From NCBI GenBank assembly GCA_009103225.1, contig RHPI01002076.1:124001-188000 (forward strand): a stretch of 64,000 nucleotides of DNA, read 5' to 3'. A program made the position numbers and the translations under genes. Each line of letters begins with the position of its first letter. Position 1 is the first letter of the stretch. The notes beneath the pieces are model-generated. The model was not told where the DNA came from and did not search any database. It saw only the letters and a program-made list of their open reading frames with translations. Source of the DNA: Chlorokybus atmophyticus (Eukaryota > Plantae > Mesostigma and Chlorokybus algae). Below are positions 1-17,701 of the stretch, in pieces.

Positions 1-390
1 TTGGCCATGGTTATGCAGTTGCAAAGTTATCTGTTTGAAATCTTATGTGCATAAACAACCTAGCAATCACTGTCGTTACAACTATGGCGTAGCATGTTCA
101 ACTTGGCTACGCACACATCCGTATATAAGGATCTATCACACGTTCCAGTACCTTCGTGACAAGGTTTAGCAATACATTCAACGCTACCTTAGCATGGGCG
201 CCTTTACGCAAAGAGCTTAAAAGTAAAAGGTACCCGGGATACAAGCACACAATGATGAACGAAAGACACGTAATACCGATCTACTCGACAATATATGTAC
301 AAAACAACCACACAAGCCAAACTAGGCTAAGATATGATGTTGAAAGAGGTTAATGTATATGTGTACATTTTGTATTTGTGTGTATATGCG

Positions 391-740
391 CAATGCAAAT
401 GAACATGCAAGGAACAGACATGCTCAATGCAATGAGCATAATACGCTTATGATCTCTATTATTTGATGTTAACGCACAGGCTACACAACTACGTTGCTGC
501 TGTACCACTCCGTTAGTTATATTGTTGCGCAACGTGTTATGTGTGACATGTTACGTTAACGTCTTTGTGCACATCATATCATGTACATCATGTATTAGTG
601 TTCAAATGCAATGCAAATGAACAAGGAATAAACATGCTCATTGCAACGAGCATAATACGCCAACCATCCCTATCATTTGATGTTAACGAACATGTTACAC
701 AATTACTGTTGTAGTCTAATTTAACCACCCCGTTAGTCAT
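391..740. repeat. Diverged ~130 bp direct duplication (391-520 vs 610-740) in an AT-rich segment
   Basis: Both copies share caatgcaaatgaac...aacatgctca.tgcaa.gagcataatacgc...atttgatgttaacg.aca.g.tacacaa...cgttagt. Confidence 0.7.
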
Positions 741-2215
741 GTTCATTCATATATGTACACCTACGTACGTACGTACATACAGTAATTCTTGAAGCGCATA
801 GCGGCTTGTATGGTTAGCAGCTGTGGGTGACTCAAGGTTTTTTAAATCTTAATGTCGACCTTCATCGATTACAACACAGTGTAGTTCAAACAAGTCAAAA
901 TTCCATCTTGATACAAACATCATCGCTTTGCCGACGCCCTGTTGATTGTAACACTATATAATACATTTCGCCCCCCGTAGTAACTTGATTTAGTATACAG
1001 CGTTGTTCACACACAGTAATGTATGTTATATGTAAACATTATTCATGAGAGTTTACACTTTTATCATTGCCATGGCCTATACAAGCTTGCACTGGCGTTG
1101 CAAGAACCGCTAATAACATCAATGTCTTGATGTAACGACAAGTTGTCATTGCATAATAAATTGTAAGATGTAGTTAATGACTAATATTTACGATATTGCG
1201 CTAAAATAATTATGGTCATTGCTTAAAGGAAGCGACCTTTTTGTAATATCAGGCTTAAACCATACATGGTCACTGCATTGAGTGTAAACTGAAATGCAAT
1301 ACACCATGACAATCAATAATATTGCATATGCGCATTGTTGATAACAGCACGTATGCTGGTACCTGGTAAGTCTCAACTTGAGCTCTTCATTTTGCTTGGA
1401 CATGCCCATTGTCCTGGACATGCATGTCGTCACGCTCGAAGCAATACATGGCGGCAGGATGGACACCAATCCACTGCCTCACTGATTCAGAAACCCTGTC
1501 TGAATCACTGACTCACTGAGTCACAGAGTCAAACTCAAGCCTGGCGTTTGTCACCGACCTGCCACAAATACCGCGCGCCTACAGCACAGATAGCGCGCCC
1601 GACGACGGCGGCGGCGGCGGCGGTGGCGTTGAGGACGTAGAGGGCGCCAGCATCGTCGTGGTCACAAGGGTCATTGGAGGAGTTCAATCCATTTGCATTA
1701 CGCCTGGTCTGCTGCTTGGAGCAGAGACATGCCAGAGTTGGGTTCAATTATGGTGCTTGCTGCAAGGCTGACTTGGCAGCAGTAGCGCCGGCTGGGGCGT
1801 CAATGAGGCGAAAGTAGCTGTCATCCGGCGTTGGCCACACTCGTGAAGAGATTGACCCTTCCAAAAGCCACCAGCTAAAACGCCTTTCTTGTGTGCGCTG
1901 CATAGTAAGGCACGGGTGCTGTCGCAATTTCTCGCTTTTTGCATGAGACCGGACTTGACATGTGCGTATGTGCACAAAAGTTTGATATGTGTACGCATTC
2001 ACACAGTTCTCGCCACTTGTAACTTGCCTGTGCAATGTGCACGTCACCGTTTACTCTAACGTGTTATCGCCCTGCTGCAGAGATGAGGACGGTCAGCCGG
2101 CAGCAGCAGCTGCTCATTGGGCAGCAGTTACCATTGCACAGTTGAAAGGACTGTTACAGTCAGTACAACACAACCATCAGCAAGCAACAACTGGGAAAGC
2201 CCTCACTCTCAAGCC

Positions 2216-4722
2216 ATGGCCGAGGAGGAGCAGCTGCAGCAGTGTCTAGCTGACTGTGCTGCGGTGTGGGACTACAACTTCAATAGTAGCAGTTCCACAG
2301 CATGTCTAACGGGGTGTCTTGAGGAGGCGGGATGGACAGCCCCCGTCGCGCCGGACTACCTCAATGCTGTCTGGGCCGGCCTCCTCGTCGTCCTGTCCGC
2401 CACATTCTCTGGTCTTGGCCTCGGCCTCATGTCGCTTGACAAGCTTGGCCTGCAGGTAAGCACTTGATAAATAGTTTGCGCATATGTGCGTTCGTTCCAG
2501 CACCATTGTAATGGCACATCAGGGTATGCTCGCATGGCGTCATCATCATCTGCATGCATAATTGTGTGCACTGTGGGCGTGCATGTTGTGGTATGTTGTG
2601 GCAACTACATGGGATGTTATGGGCAGGGTATTGCATAGCTCACCATGGCTGAGTGTGGTTGTATAAGGAAGCAGTATGCGTTGTGGTTTGTTGTCAGATA
2701 CTCATGGATAGCGGGGAGCCGCAAGAGAGGGAGTGGGCAAAGACAATCTACCCCATCAGGCAGAAGGGCAACCTGCTGCTATGTACGCTGCTTCTTGGCA
2801 ACGCATTTGTCAACTCCTTCATAGCCATCCTGTTAGCCTCCATCACGACAGGCATGATCGGCCTGATTGCGTCGACGGGACTTATACTCATATTCGGAGA
2901 GATCATCCCGCAGGCCGTGTGCAGCAGACACGGGCTGATGATCGGGGCGAAGACCGTGTGGATTGTGAGGGCATTTGTGGTGTTGTTCTTCCCCGTCACG
3001 TACCCCATCAGCTTGATACTCGATTGGGTCCTTGGACGGGAGATGAACAACACCTTCTCCAAAGAGGAGCTCATGAGGCTCATCGCCATCCATGTGGAAG
3101 ACCCACAGGCACAATTGGAGTCGGGCCTCACGCGTGATGATGAGAAGCTCATCTCCGGCGCGTTAAAGTACAAGAACAAGGCCGTAAAGGAGGTGATGAC
3201 TACTCTCGACCGGGCATTCATGCTTGAGCAGTCGCAGAAGCTCGACTTTGAGACACTGTTTGAGGTATACAAGAGCGGGTTCACGCGCATACCTGTATAC
3301 GACACCTTCCCACAAAACATGGTGGGCGTGTTATATGCGAAGGACCTCATTCTTGTCGACCCCGATGATGCGATCGAGGTCCGTGCCATCCTTTCTTTCC
3401 ACGGCCGTGAGATCCGCACAGTTAAAGAAAACACCAGCCTTGAAGATGTGTTTAAAGAGTTCAAAACGAGCTACATCCACCTGCTGTTTGCCACCAATGA
3501 AAAGGAGCAGAAGATAGACGTGAGTGTGATCAGGAGTGTGGGTTAAGTTGGACACTTAAGTGTGACTGTTGCTGAGCTTGCTTTTTGGGTTGTGTGTTTC
3601 AGTTTCACCCGTTGCCGAGTCACGGGCAACACGAGTACACAATGACCGGGTTGATCACGCTGGAGGACGTGATTGAGGAGCTGCTGCAGACGGAGATCGT
3701 GGACGAGACAGACAACTTCGTAGACGTAAACCAGCCGATGAAACGCGTGGCGAGGGCAAGGAAAGACGTCTCGCTGTTCCTCACCATGCTGCAGCATAAA
3801 CGCACGCCAAGTGATGCCCTGTCTTTGCAAGAGATTGAAGCCATCACAACGTTTTTGTCTCACAATCTGAAGGTGAACTTTGTTGTACCTCTACCTCCCT
3901 TGTGCAGTTGTAAGGTCACCACAAGTTGTAACACAACATGTGTTGTGGCATGCAGGAGTTCAAGAAGCTAAGCAAAGTGCCGCATGTGGTGAAAGACCTT
4001 GTGCGACATGCTACGTTGGTTGACCGCTTTCAGGGTGAGCAGGAATGTGAAACAAGAACAAACGCTCTGCTTGTGTATGATGACACATCGTTCATGTTGG
4101 CTATTGTTGGGTTTTTGGAAGTTGAAGTATTGACCCATCGCAGATGAGGAGGATGCAACAGGGGCCAACAGCCACGTCATATACGAGCGTGGCCGGCAAG
4201 CAGACTTCTTGACGCTAGTGCTCCAGGGCAAGGTACACACAATCCACTTGGAAAAACTACCTCCTCATGCTGTCAATGGTAAACCCAGCTGTATCTCCCT
4301 TTCAGGTGGTGGTGCGCTCTGGTCTGGACAACTTTGAGTCCGACCTTGGGCCCTGGTCGGTCTTAGCACACGCCGCCGTGCTCGCTGAACCGTATGTAGC
4401 GGACTACACTGCCATCATGTATGGCGCCGGCCGCCTACTACACGTATGCAACAACTTGCATGTTCTATCCCATGCGTTTGTGCACTTTTTCAACCTGACA
4501 ATGTGTTGGGTGATGCAGATCAACCGGGCGAGTTACATGGGTGCGTGGCGGGTCATGCAGGCCAACTATGTCGGTAAGACGTTGGAGACGAAGTTGGATC
4601 CCGTCGTGGAGATGACGCGCTTCGGCAGCGAGAGTCCCGTGAGCCCGCAGGGCACGGACCCGATGAGCCCTTTCAGCGACTCGACAATGAGTGAGAACGA
4701 CAGAGCACCACTGTTGCAATAG
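2216..4722 (+). CDS. CNNM: CNNM/DUF21-CBS domain metal (Mg2+) transporter with C-terminal cNMP-like domain, 7 exons, ~613 aa
   Basis: Phase-consistent GT-AG exons 2216-2455, 2698-3519, 3603-3872, 3956-4034, 4144-4232, 4306-4443, 4519-4722. Motifs: FSGLGLGLMSLD, LLCTLLLGN, FGEIIPQAVC (DUF21); GFTRIPVY, GLITLEDVIEELL (CBS pair); LTLVLQGKV (cNMP-like). Confidence 0.95.
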
Positions 4723-5503
4723 GGTGAAGACGTTGTTTTCATTCACCACCGGGGCTATGGTGGAGTCGCGTTTCTTCTTTTGCCACTATGCAGGGAGGAT
4801 AAGATGTGTATATGTGTGACACGATGTGGACGTGTGAAACGCTGTGTACACTGTTGAGTACAGAGTAAGAGGTGCAGTTGTCAACACAAGTTGATATACG
4901 GCCTTCAAATGGCTTTGGCTAAGTTAGACGCACTCTCTATGGGCTGCCTGAGCGCGAAATGCATACTGAGTGCTCTGGCTTCTCGGTTGCTTGAGCTTGG
5001 CTCATTCATTATTGTCGTAGCTGCAGTGCGGCTGCTAATGGTGTCCGTCTATGCTCTGCTTCTGACCACATGCAGCGTGGTGTGATGGTTTGCACTGAAT
5101 CATCACCAGGTTGACAGATTGCGCAATCATCCAACCTGCTTTGCGGAACGGATATGCGTCGCAGTTGGGCTGCGTACTGGTGAGCGAATGGACTAGACCC
5201 TTTTGTGTGACCCATTACTTTAGTGTGCATTTTTGCTGCGCGTCGCTTCATTGCTTACATTGCGTGACTGCACCAAGGCACGAGTGCTTACAACAAATTG
5301 CGGTGAACACTTTCAACATGAGCTGCTGAGTCTAGTACACTCAGCAGCATACGATGTGCAGACTCCATGCGACAGGTACCATCAATGCTTGCCGCATTGA
5401 GGTTGTGGGGGCTGTCCTTATAGCTGACACCGACGCCTGCACAAGCACCTTGTGTAACTTACATAAATTGTCAACCTATGTGCAACTGAAACATTGCAAT
5501 ACA

Positions 5504-8500
5504 TCAACGCGTTGTCCGACGCACTCTCTTAGCTTTCAACTTGATCTTCACCTCGCTCGCCTTTGTAGTTGCCGTAACCACCTGTCTTTGCGCCTTTGCA
5601 ACAGACCGTGTCACACGCTTTTGTGCTGCTGTTGTTGTTAACACAACCGAATTGGTAACATCATCTACAGCCTGCTTCCTCTTCTTCGTCCTCGTCTGCT
5701 TTTTGTCCACAACTTCTTCAACAAAGGCTGTCGCTAGTCTCCTCTTTGCTTTTGGCTTCATCACCACCTTGTCGCCTTTATCAATGCTTGGGCGGCTGGC
5801 TTGTTTAATACCACCCTGTTTCCCAGTCTCAGCCATTATCTCACTGCCATCGCCATCATCATCTTCACCTTGTTCAGAAGCTGATGAGACAACAACCTCT
5901 TTGGTTGCCTTCTTCTTTCGTGTAGTAGTTGCCGCTGTTGTTTTGGCAGCTGCGCCTTTGGGCAGCTTCTGAACAGCTGGCACAATTGCCGTAGTCTGCA
6001 AGTAACTCTTTGTCAGCACCGACACGCAACACATGAGTTGTTTCATGCAGACAGAGGGAAGCACATTAAACAAAGTGATGGTGATGGGATGTGACCGCTG
6101 AACCAGACACCTACTCACCCGTCCACCGACTTCTGCGAACTCAATATGCATCCCTGTGAAGCGATGAAAACAACAGTAAGTATCAGTTTATGACTATAGT
6201 CATGACACATGCAGTCCACAAACACATGCACACGCGCGCATCTCACACACCATTGTGTTTCCCCTTCTTCTTCCCCCATCTGTTATGAAACAGCCACGTA
6301 TCCGGGAAGAGTTTGCTGTCGGCGTTGAACTCAACAGCCATCTCGCACACGTGCGAGATGGTTTCATGCAGCCGCTTCATTTGGTCGTCGTCTAGTGTGT
6401 TCGCCCTCTGCGCCGGGTGAATGCGCGACTGATAGAGCACCTCATCAGCAACCCAGTTGCCCACGCCGGCTGCAAACTTCTGTTGGGAAAGGAAAGGACG
6501 ACTGTCAGTCTTGATGAATCAATAAACTTCAGAACAGCACAGTGTCATGCATGCCTGCATGCACGTGTGCGCACTGCACTTGAACAAGCGTGCACATGTG
6601 CGCACTACACTTGAATGTTAACCTGCATACACAATCAGACATGGTCATGTGACGATGTGCATGTGCACACGCATGCCAAAATGCATGCACGCACACGCAC
6701 ACACGCGCATCTACGAGCACACGTGCAGGGGCATGCACATCGCATGCAAGTATTAGCGCGCCAATCCATGCCCGCATGCCCGCCTGCCCAACGGCAGGCA
6801 TGCGCACGCGAATGTGTCCAAACGCATACATGCCGGCACAATCATGCATGCATCCGTGTGCACACATCTGAACGCCAGCATGCCCACGCACACACAATGC
6901 ACAAGCGATACATGAAAGTCCACGCCTGCAGGTGCGGGCTCTTATGCACAAATGCAAGCAAGCATGCGCGCATGCACACGTACACGGACCATATGCTGCT
7001 TGCTGTATGCAATGTAACACACAGTGTTTCCAAACAAGCACATTATCTGACCTGGTCCAACAGGAGTGCTTTTATGGGTGGGGTGCGTCTCCGCACGGCA
7101 ACAGCAAACTCCTCCAATTGCGGCATGCTCAAGATTGGGTCGAAGCCCAGCTCACTTATCGGCGGCTCATTTGCTGGCTGCTCACAAAGAAAACACTATG
7201 GGTGCCGATAATGTGCTGCTTATTACACACGACATTCACAAAACCCGGCGGAGTAGTGTATCTGGAGTGTCATATGCATCATTTGTGCAAAAGCCAAGTT
7301 TTGTGCATACACGACACAACACGACACGACTTCTCTACTGAAGCGAATGGACAGGCATGTAGTATATGTTGTGACAAGTTGCCACAAGAGCACTTACGTC
7401 CTGAAACACGCGGATGCGAGCAAAGCGCCTCGAATCACGGAACGCCAGGTGCGTCCCATCTTCAAACTGGTCAAGCATAATGACAATAAGCTATATTCAG
7501 ATATTGAACAGCTGTGCATCATATTAACGACAGCAATGAGTGACAAATATGATGCGAGAATCAGTCAAGTGCTTGATAAGTCAAGTGCTTGATAAGTCAA
7601 GTGCTTAATCAGTCAAGTACTTGGTCAATCTTACCTCTAGAAGCAGTTTGTGATATTTCGGCGGCCACTTGCTGCTATCCACCTTGAAACTGACATTACG
7701 TACACAATATAAATACATCACTGTGCGTAAGAAGCATCATTCACACACAAGCGATATTCTTTGCTAAACCGGATCAGCCAACCGCACATAATGAGTGATG
7801 CAAGAAACTCTGTTCCGTGCCATACCTTTTGTACTTGGTGCCTGGCTGATCCTTCACAACAAACGACCCCGTCATGCCTATGCGCACAGCAGCTAGATCA
7901 ACACGAGGCGATGCAGTCACTTGTTGATGTAAGATAAATGAACGATTGCACAACATATGCTTGATCATGACCTGTCATATTACATGTGAAATGCAACGGT
8001 ACTAACAGTAATGTCTGCACTGATGTGTGTCTCTGTTACTACACAGCTCCACCTCTTGAACAGAGGTCACACAGTGTTATGGTATCTCTTCCCCATCTTC
8101 TGTGCTCGTAAATTGTCAGTATGTATGTGATGAGACGCAAGCTTACCGAAGTGGAATGCTGGCCATGGTCGCTGGTCCAGCTCCCACCACACGTGCTTGC
8201 CTTTCCTGTGAACCTGCAATCGCTTCAGCTCATTGAGTCTTGGCATTACATTGCCATGGAAGCTGACCAACTTCACAACGTCAACAATGGAAGCGGAAAA
8301 GCCCACCGCAACTCGCCACTGAACAGACACCACCTAGCACAAGAGTGTTGTGTATGCGACACCCACCCACAAACACCCACCCACACAGACACATACAAAC
8401 GAGAAGGGGCAAGCAGCATATGCGCACAGTTACAGACTCACGTCTACCAGCAGCCTTCCCTTGAGCGCCTCCTCCAGCTCCTTCCCGCTAACGCCCGCTA

Positions 8501-8712
8501 TCACAATCTGGCGCACAAAGCACGCAAGCAAACAACAGCTCGTCAGAATGCAATTACTAGTTGATACTTTTCTCTCCAGTCTCTTTACTGTGTGTGGTGT
8601 TTCTGGTATTTCTTACGGTGTCGTCTGCTGCGGTGGCGGTGAGGATGCGCTTGCCCTTGGCGTGAAGGGCGCACAGGCGCCGCGCCGCCTCGCACTCAGG
8701 CAGCTCCGGCAT
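5504..8712 (-). CDS. FPG: Formamidopyrimidine-DNA glycosylase (plant/fungal zincless Fpg/MutM homolog), 10 exons, ~428 aa, basic C-terminal tail
   Basis: N-terminal MPELPE, RKGKHVWWEL, FHFGMTG, H2TH motif LLLDQ..GVGNWVADEVLYQSRIHP, GGRTTA. Exons 8712-8617, 8507-8442, 8213-8147, 7877-7826, 7689-7635, 7466-7398, 7177-7052, 6479-6251, 6153-6119, 5995-5504 are phase-consistent. Confidence 0.95.
6540..7000. repeat. Purine-pyrimidine alternating low-complexity tract (TGCA/CACG/CATG-rich) inside Fpg intron 7
   Basis: Near-continuous RY alternation such as gcatgcacgcacacgcacacacgcgcat; source of spurious His/Ala/Cys/Met-rich ORFs. Confidence 0.75.
7563..7626. repeat. 16-bp minisatellite x4 (agtcaagtgcttgata) in Fpg intron 5
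   Basis: agtcaagtgcttgata|agtcaagtgcttgata|agtcaagtgcttaatc|agtcaagtacttggtc. Confidence 0.9.
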
Positions 8713-9683
8713 TAGTAGAGTCAACTATAACAACCGTCTCACCCAAGCTGGCTGATGACTATGAAACAAAGGAAACCCAATTAAACACTCCTATCCTTTT
8801 GATGCTGCACCACACCGCACATGATGTTGCGCAACGTTCATTGTGGTGTAAGCGTCTCTCTCTCTGCTTCCAAACAGCACTCTGCTTCGCTATGACCACT
8901 GATTATGCACTGCTACGCGCAGTTCAGCAGCGAAGCCGGCTTGCACTTCACTGTTTATCATTCAAGCAGACCAACCCATGCATGCAGGGATTGCTTGGCA
9001 CAAACTTGTCACACGCATGCCTGTGACACGGAGCATGCGCCCAGCGCCGTCCCTGGTGCTGCTGCCAACAGCCATCAGCCTGTTGGTGGCAGTGGCGGAT
9101 GTGACGTGGCTGCGTGTCTACGCGAAAAAGAAAAATTGAACGAGGCAGCGAGGTACGGCGTACTCCGATAGCAGCGCCATACGGGAATGCTTTATGCGCA
9201 GTGACTGTCGGGTATGCCGCGTCCGCGCTGTTGGTGCATACGGTTACACTTCCCCAGTCCACAACGAGGACATTGCAATTTCTGCCAACTTCGTCATAGC
9301 TTGCGTTGCGTCTGTTCCGAGTGGTTGCGGGTAGGGTATGAGTTCAGCTAGATGAGATGCGCAATGGTTCCTGAACGGAAACACCACCCACCATCGCGAA
9401 TGCAATTTCCAGATATTAATTCATAAGCTGTGTGATAGCATGGAGGCGCAAGCAGCCTGCTACCTTCTTGCAACCAATCTTAGGCTGTTGCGCATCGCGC
9501 TCCAGCATTCAACCAGCACAATAGCAATTGTGGTATGCCGTTGCGCAGTCATGCACAACATCCCAGTGGGCAAACCACTATGGAAGCACCAACATGCAGA
9601 CTTGTATGTTGCAGCGTACGCGACAGTGGCTAACAACAAACAACAGCTACAGCAAAAGTATCACAACCATGCAATCACACCCG

Positions 9684-12105
9684 CTATGTCCTCAAGGGCT
9701 CTTGCAAGCTTTCCAAGTGACAAAGCCATTGATATCGATCGAGGTGTGCAGATTCATGCTCAGCTATGTAAGCCTCATTCAACCTGAAACGCACGAGGGA
9801 GCGTGAGAATGAAACAAAAGTTGAGATTTCCATTGTTGCAACAACAGAACTGCACTTACGCGTCTACATCAAGAGGTGCGTCCTCTTCAGGTGCAGCAGG
9901 TGCTTGTTGGATGCCTTGAGCCGTCATCGCCGCATCTGCCTGCACAATAACGTTTATAGATTCATGTGAATGTGCAATGGCAAGCTGCACGACATGCAGC
10001 AGGAGGTTCAAAGTTACCGTGTACTGAGGCCTGGGCTGCGCGTGCTGGCTGTAATAACCGTACGGGTCATATGTGCCTGGCATCGCATAAGCTCCGTACG
10101 CAGCATATGCACTGCCATCAGCGTAGTACTGGTAGTTTGGATCGTATGAAGCGCCTGTGGGCGTGCGCGCTTTCTGGGCATAACCACAAGCATACCATTA
10201 GCGATTATGCTACTGCATAATAAGGAAAGCAACTTATATCCGTTTTGTGCACCTGCCGATGAGCAGGGGACTTGCCCCATGATAGTCTGAGAGTCTGGCT
10301 GCCAACCACTTGCCCGTGCATCTGCGCAATTGCCTGCTCTGCTGATGACCTGAGCGCATGTACACAGTCAAGACACTGCGCGTGACTGACCAACAATCAG
10401 TTCTGTGCAAACAATGCAATCACAAACCTTGTGGAGTACTGCACAAAACCACACCCTTTGCCAATGGGTATCTTTACGTAAATGATGTCACCAAAAGGCT
10501 CGAAGTACTGCTTCAGATGCTCCTCAGTTATACTCGAGTCCAGGCCTCCAACAAACACCTGCAACAGATGTTAATGGGTACCGCCTTCTGCATTCTGCTG
10601 CAACCACCAGCAAGCAACTATGTGCATGAACCATATGCTACCGTTGTGTTGGCCAGATCTGGGTCGCCGGTGGGCGTTGTTGGCACGCTTGCAGAAGCAG
10701 CCGAGGGTATTGCGAGAGGGGTTGTTGGTGTGCCAGTGACTGCGGGGCAGCATAACATGAGATCTACTACACATACCAATTATCCATCAAGCTATCATTA
10801 CCCCACAACTTGGCTCCCCTTACCTTGCCGCTTTGGTGTGGCAACACTGATTCGCATTGGTCGAGACAGGCAATACTGACCTGCACAGCAATAAGCTTGC
10901 ACACAAGTCAAGTGCCAATGCGAAACACATGTGTACCATGGGAGCAACTAGGGGAGGAACACCCCATCTCAGACCGCATGCATACCGTTCATTTCAGTTA
11001 ATGCTCGGTCCCGTTCCATCTCCTCTCCAAAACGCACAAACCCATAACCCTGGTTGCAAATGCAACTTTCAACACACATGCAACCACTGCAGGTAGCAGT
11101 AGACAAACATCCAGCACCGTCAGCAGCTGCCACAAACACCCTACCTTGGCTCTGTATGTGGCCGGATCAGTGACCACCTTTGCGCCCCTGACTGAACCGT
11201 ACCGAGCGCGGAAGGTGTCCATCAGTATCTGATCGGTCGCCTCAGGTGGGAGATCTCCCACGAACAGCGAGTGCTCATTTGACCCTGGACAAGCGTAAAC
11301 TGTTTGCTGTGCAGCAATGGGCATGCATGGCGAACTTGACTGTTGCGAGCCGTTAATGGAAAGCAAAACCAGCAGACTTACACACCTAATAGGCATGGCT
11401 GACGTGTTGCATCCATATTAGTACTGTTCTCCTCAACACAAGTTGTTGCTCTGATAGGGTACAGGACAGAGAGGCAAACCAATGAACAAACCACATTTTG
11501 CATCCTGGAGCTGCCGCAATGACAATACAACCAAAGTTGAAATGGCTCAACTCACCATCGGCTGGCCGCTTCTCCCCAATTCCAAACGTGGCCCAATTCA
11601 AGCGGAACACTGCGCACATGCAACAGGCACGCTGAGCATGCATGCAAAGTGAGGCAATGCAATGCATGCACGAGTTGAACCTGCTAGGACACACAAATAG
11701 AATTACCACTCATCGTACCATACTCAGTGCCGGTGACTGGCTGGCCATTGTAGGTGGCAAGGATCCGCTCCGCAGAAGCATGCGAGGCGCATTCAATGAA
11801 GCCGTAACCCTCAGGCTGGCCGGTAAGCTTGTTCCGCATGACCTTAACGCCATTAACCTGAATCACACGCAACAATGCACGCATGAGTCCCTCAAACCAG
11901 CACGCTGTGCCCTCACTCAAAACCCTAAACCGATCCAGGCCGCACTCACCTCCCGGGCGGCGGAGTTCAGCAGCTGTGTCAGGTAAGCCTCGTCCATCCA
12001 CCACGGTAGGTCACCGATCCACAACGTCCGGCTCTCCTGACCCATCGCCCCCATCCCACCGACCACACCACCCGCCGCCATCGCCGCCGCCGCCGCCTCA
12101 GCCAT
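9684..12105 (-). CDS. RBP45: RBP45/RBP47-like poly(U)/poly(A)-binding protein with three RRMs, 12 exons, ~423 aa
   Basis: RTLWIGDL, GQPEGYGFIE, FRLNWATFG, SLFVGDL, KGYGFVRF, RPMRISVATPK, VFVGGLD, GKGCGFVQY, LRLSWGKSP and Tyr-rich tail. 12 phase-consistent GT-AG exons ending in TAG at 9684. Confidence 0.93.
11920..11929 (+). promoter_or_regulatory. Telo-box (AAACCCTAAA) in first intron of RBP45-like gene, near the shared RBP45/RECQ2 promoter
   Basis: Exact AAACCCTA motif; function inferred from plant telo-box biology. Confidence 0.4.
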
Positions 12106-12356
12106 TGCTCCTACACACTGCGGCCACAAGCGTGGCCACGCTGGCCATAAGCGCTAGTATCGCGCAGTATCGGTGTGCTCGCAGAATACTAAGAATACGG
12201 GCTGAGATACCTAGTATATCAGGTGCAATGCATTGGCGGGAATGTCACTGTGCTGGGCTAGGCGGCGACGGTGGTGGTGGTGGCGGCGGTGTCCGCCGCC
12301 ACTGCGACAGGCAGGGGAACGAGCAGGGGAGGGAGTGTGTAAACATGTCTTGAGCT

Positions 12357-16478
<4,122 letters not shown>

Positions 16479-17701
16479 TTCATGGTCAAGCTCTGTTGGC
16501 ATCTGTTGCGCTTCAGCTTGCATTGCCTGGTTGCTCCTATTTTATGCATGTGTTCTGCATATGTCGCTGCTGAACTTCGCGAAGTTATGGCGTTGTTACT
16601 GTACCGTCGAGTGCATCGCTATAATGCCAACAGACAGCGGCATACGTATGCCTTGGCTTAATGGTTGTGTTGGCTTGATGGCTTAGTTGCCTGGCAGCTA
16701 TTGCACAGAAGGTGACTTTGGCCCAACAGATGCAGCGTGCGTGCATCATGGCATGCAGGTTGTGAAGGCTAGGAGCATTTCCGTTTCAATGTAGTAACCT
16801 CCTACGAATAGCGATGCAGACGAAGAGAGAGAGATCTCGTGCGTAGGCAAGGACAATGGCAACTAAGTGACGTGCATGTAGTCTTGCAGTCTGCCTGCAA
16901 ACGTGTCTATCAGCATACTGGAAGTAGTATTTGGATCTTGCTGAAAGAGAGCAAATGGGATGAATTCTTTGACAGTATATCAAGTTTGAGAGTGCAAAAG
17001 TACAAGAGGCCCAGCCCAGTGCGAATACACCGGCACGGGGTACAGGTGATTTTATGCCGTGCTCATATGCATGCATGACTAGCAGGGTTTGTGGGCGGTA
17101 GTGTAAGGTATAATGTCTGTAGAAGTAGCTAGCCCAGTGGTCAAGCACATATTGCAAGGTATGTGCTAATTGCTGTGGTAGTATGGGACTACTGTTACTA
17201 GGGCACATCCATATGCATATCTTGCTTGCAGCTTGTACACTAGATTGTAAGCTTTAGACACTACGCAACTACACACGGCTACACAGTATGACAGGTAGAT
17301 AGGGCAGGCAGGCAGGCAGGCAAAAAATCTCCCGCACAACCACCTGTGCAGCAGATCCAACATGGTCAAGCTGCAAAAGCATCCACCAATTGAATGCCAA
17401 CAACTTGGTTACATTACCAACCAGAATTGCGTCATACTTTACCAACTACACATGTAGCTGCAAACTTCAAGCTAGAGTATAACTAAGCTACGCTAGCTGC
17501 AACACTGCTGGTTAGCACCAGCCCTGCAATCTCCGGGGTCTTTGAGCCCCTTCCAATAACAGTGTCCAACATGATACAACAACAAGAGATGTCACCTGCT
17601 TGCCCTTTGTGTAATGACAAAGGCACCAATGTGCATGCTTGCCATTCTGTTTCTGCCTTGTTTGCAAACGAGAGACTGAGAAACAGTAGAGGTACATAAT
17701 G

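Noticed and set aside
2748-3464. 238-aa minus-strand ORF
   Set aside because: Antisense shadow of CNNM exon 2; no independent motifs
6529-7480. Several 170-200 aa His/Ala/Cys/Met-rich ORFs (also at 47545-48369 and 55735-56546)
   Set aside because: Translations of RY-alternating low-complexity DNA in introns and intergenic regions
9140-9334. Cys-containing open frame (ECFMRSDCRVCRVRAVGAYGYTSPVHNEDIAIS) and possible ncRNA between RBP45 and Fpg
   Set aside because: No start or splice context, no recognisable family, no match to snRNA/SRP motifs I know
16887-17045. Exon-like segment SACKRVYQHTGSSIWILLKESKWDEFFDSISSLRVQKYKRP
   Set aside because: Could not be joined to other exons or assigned to a family
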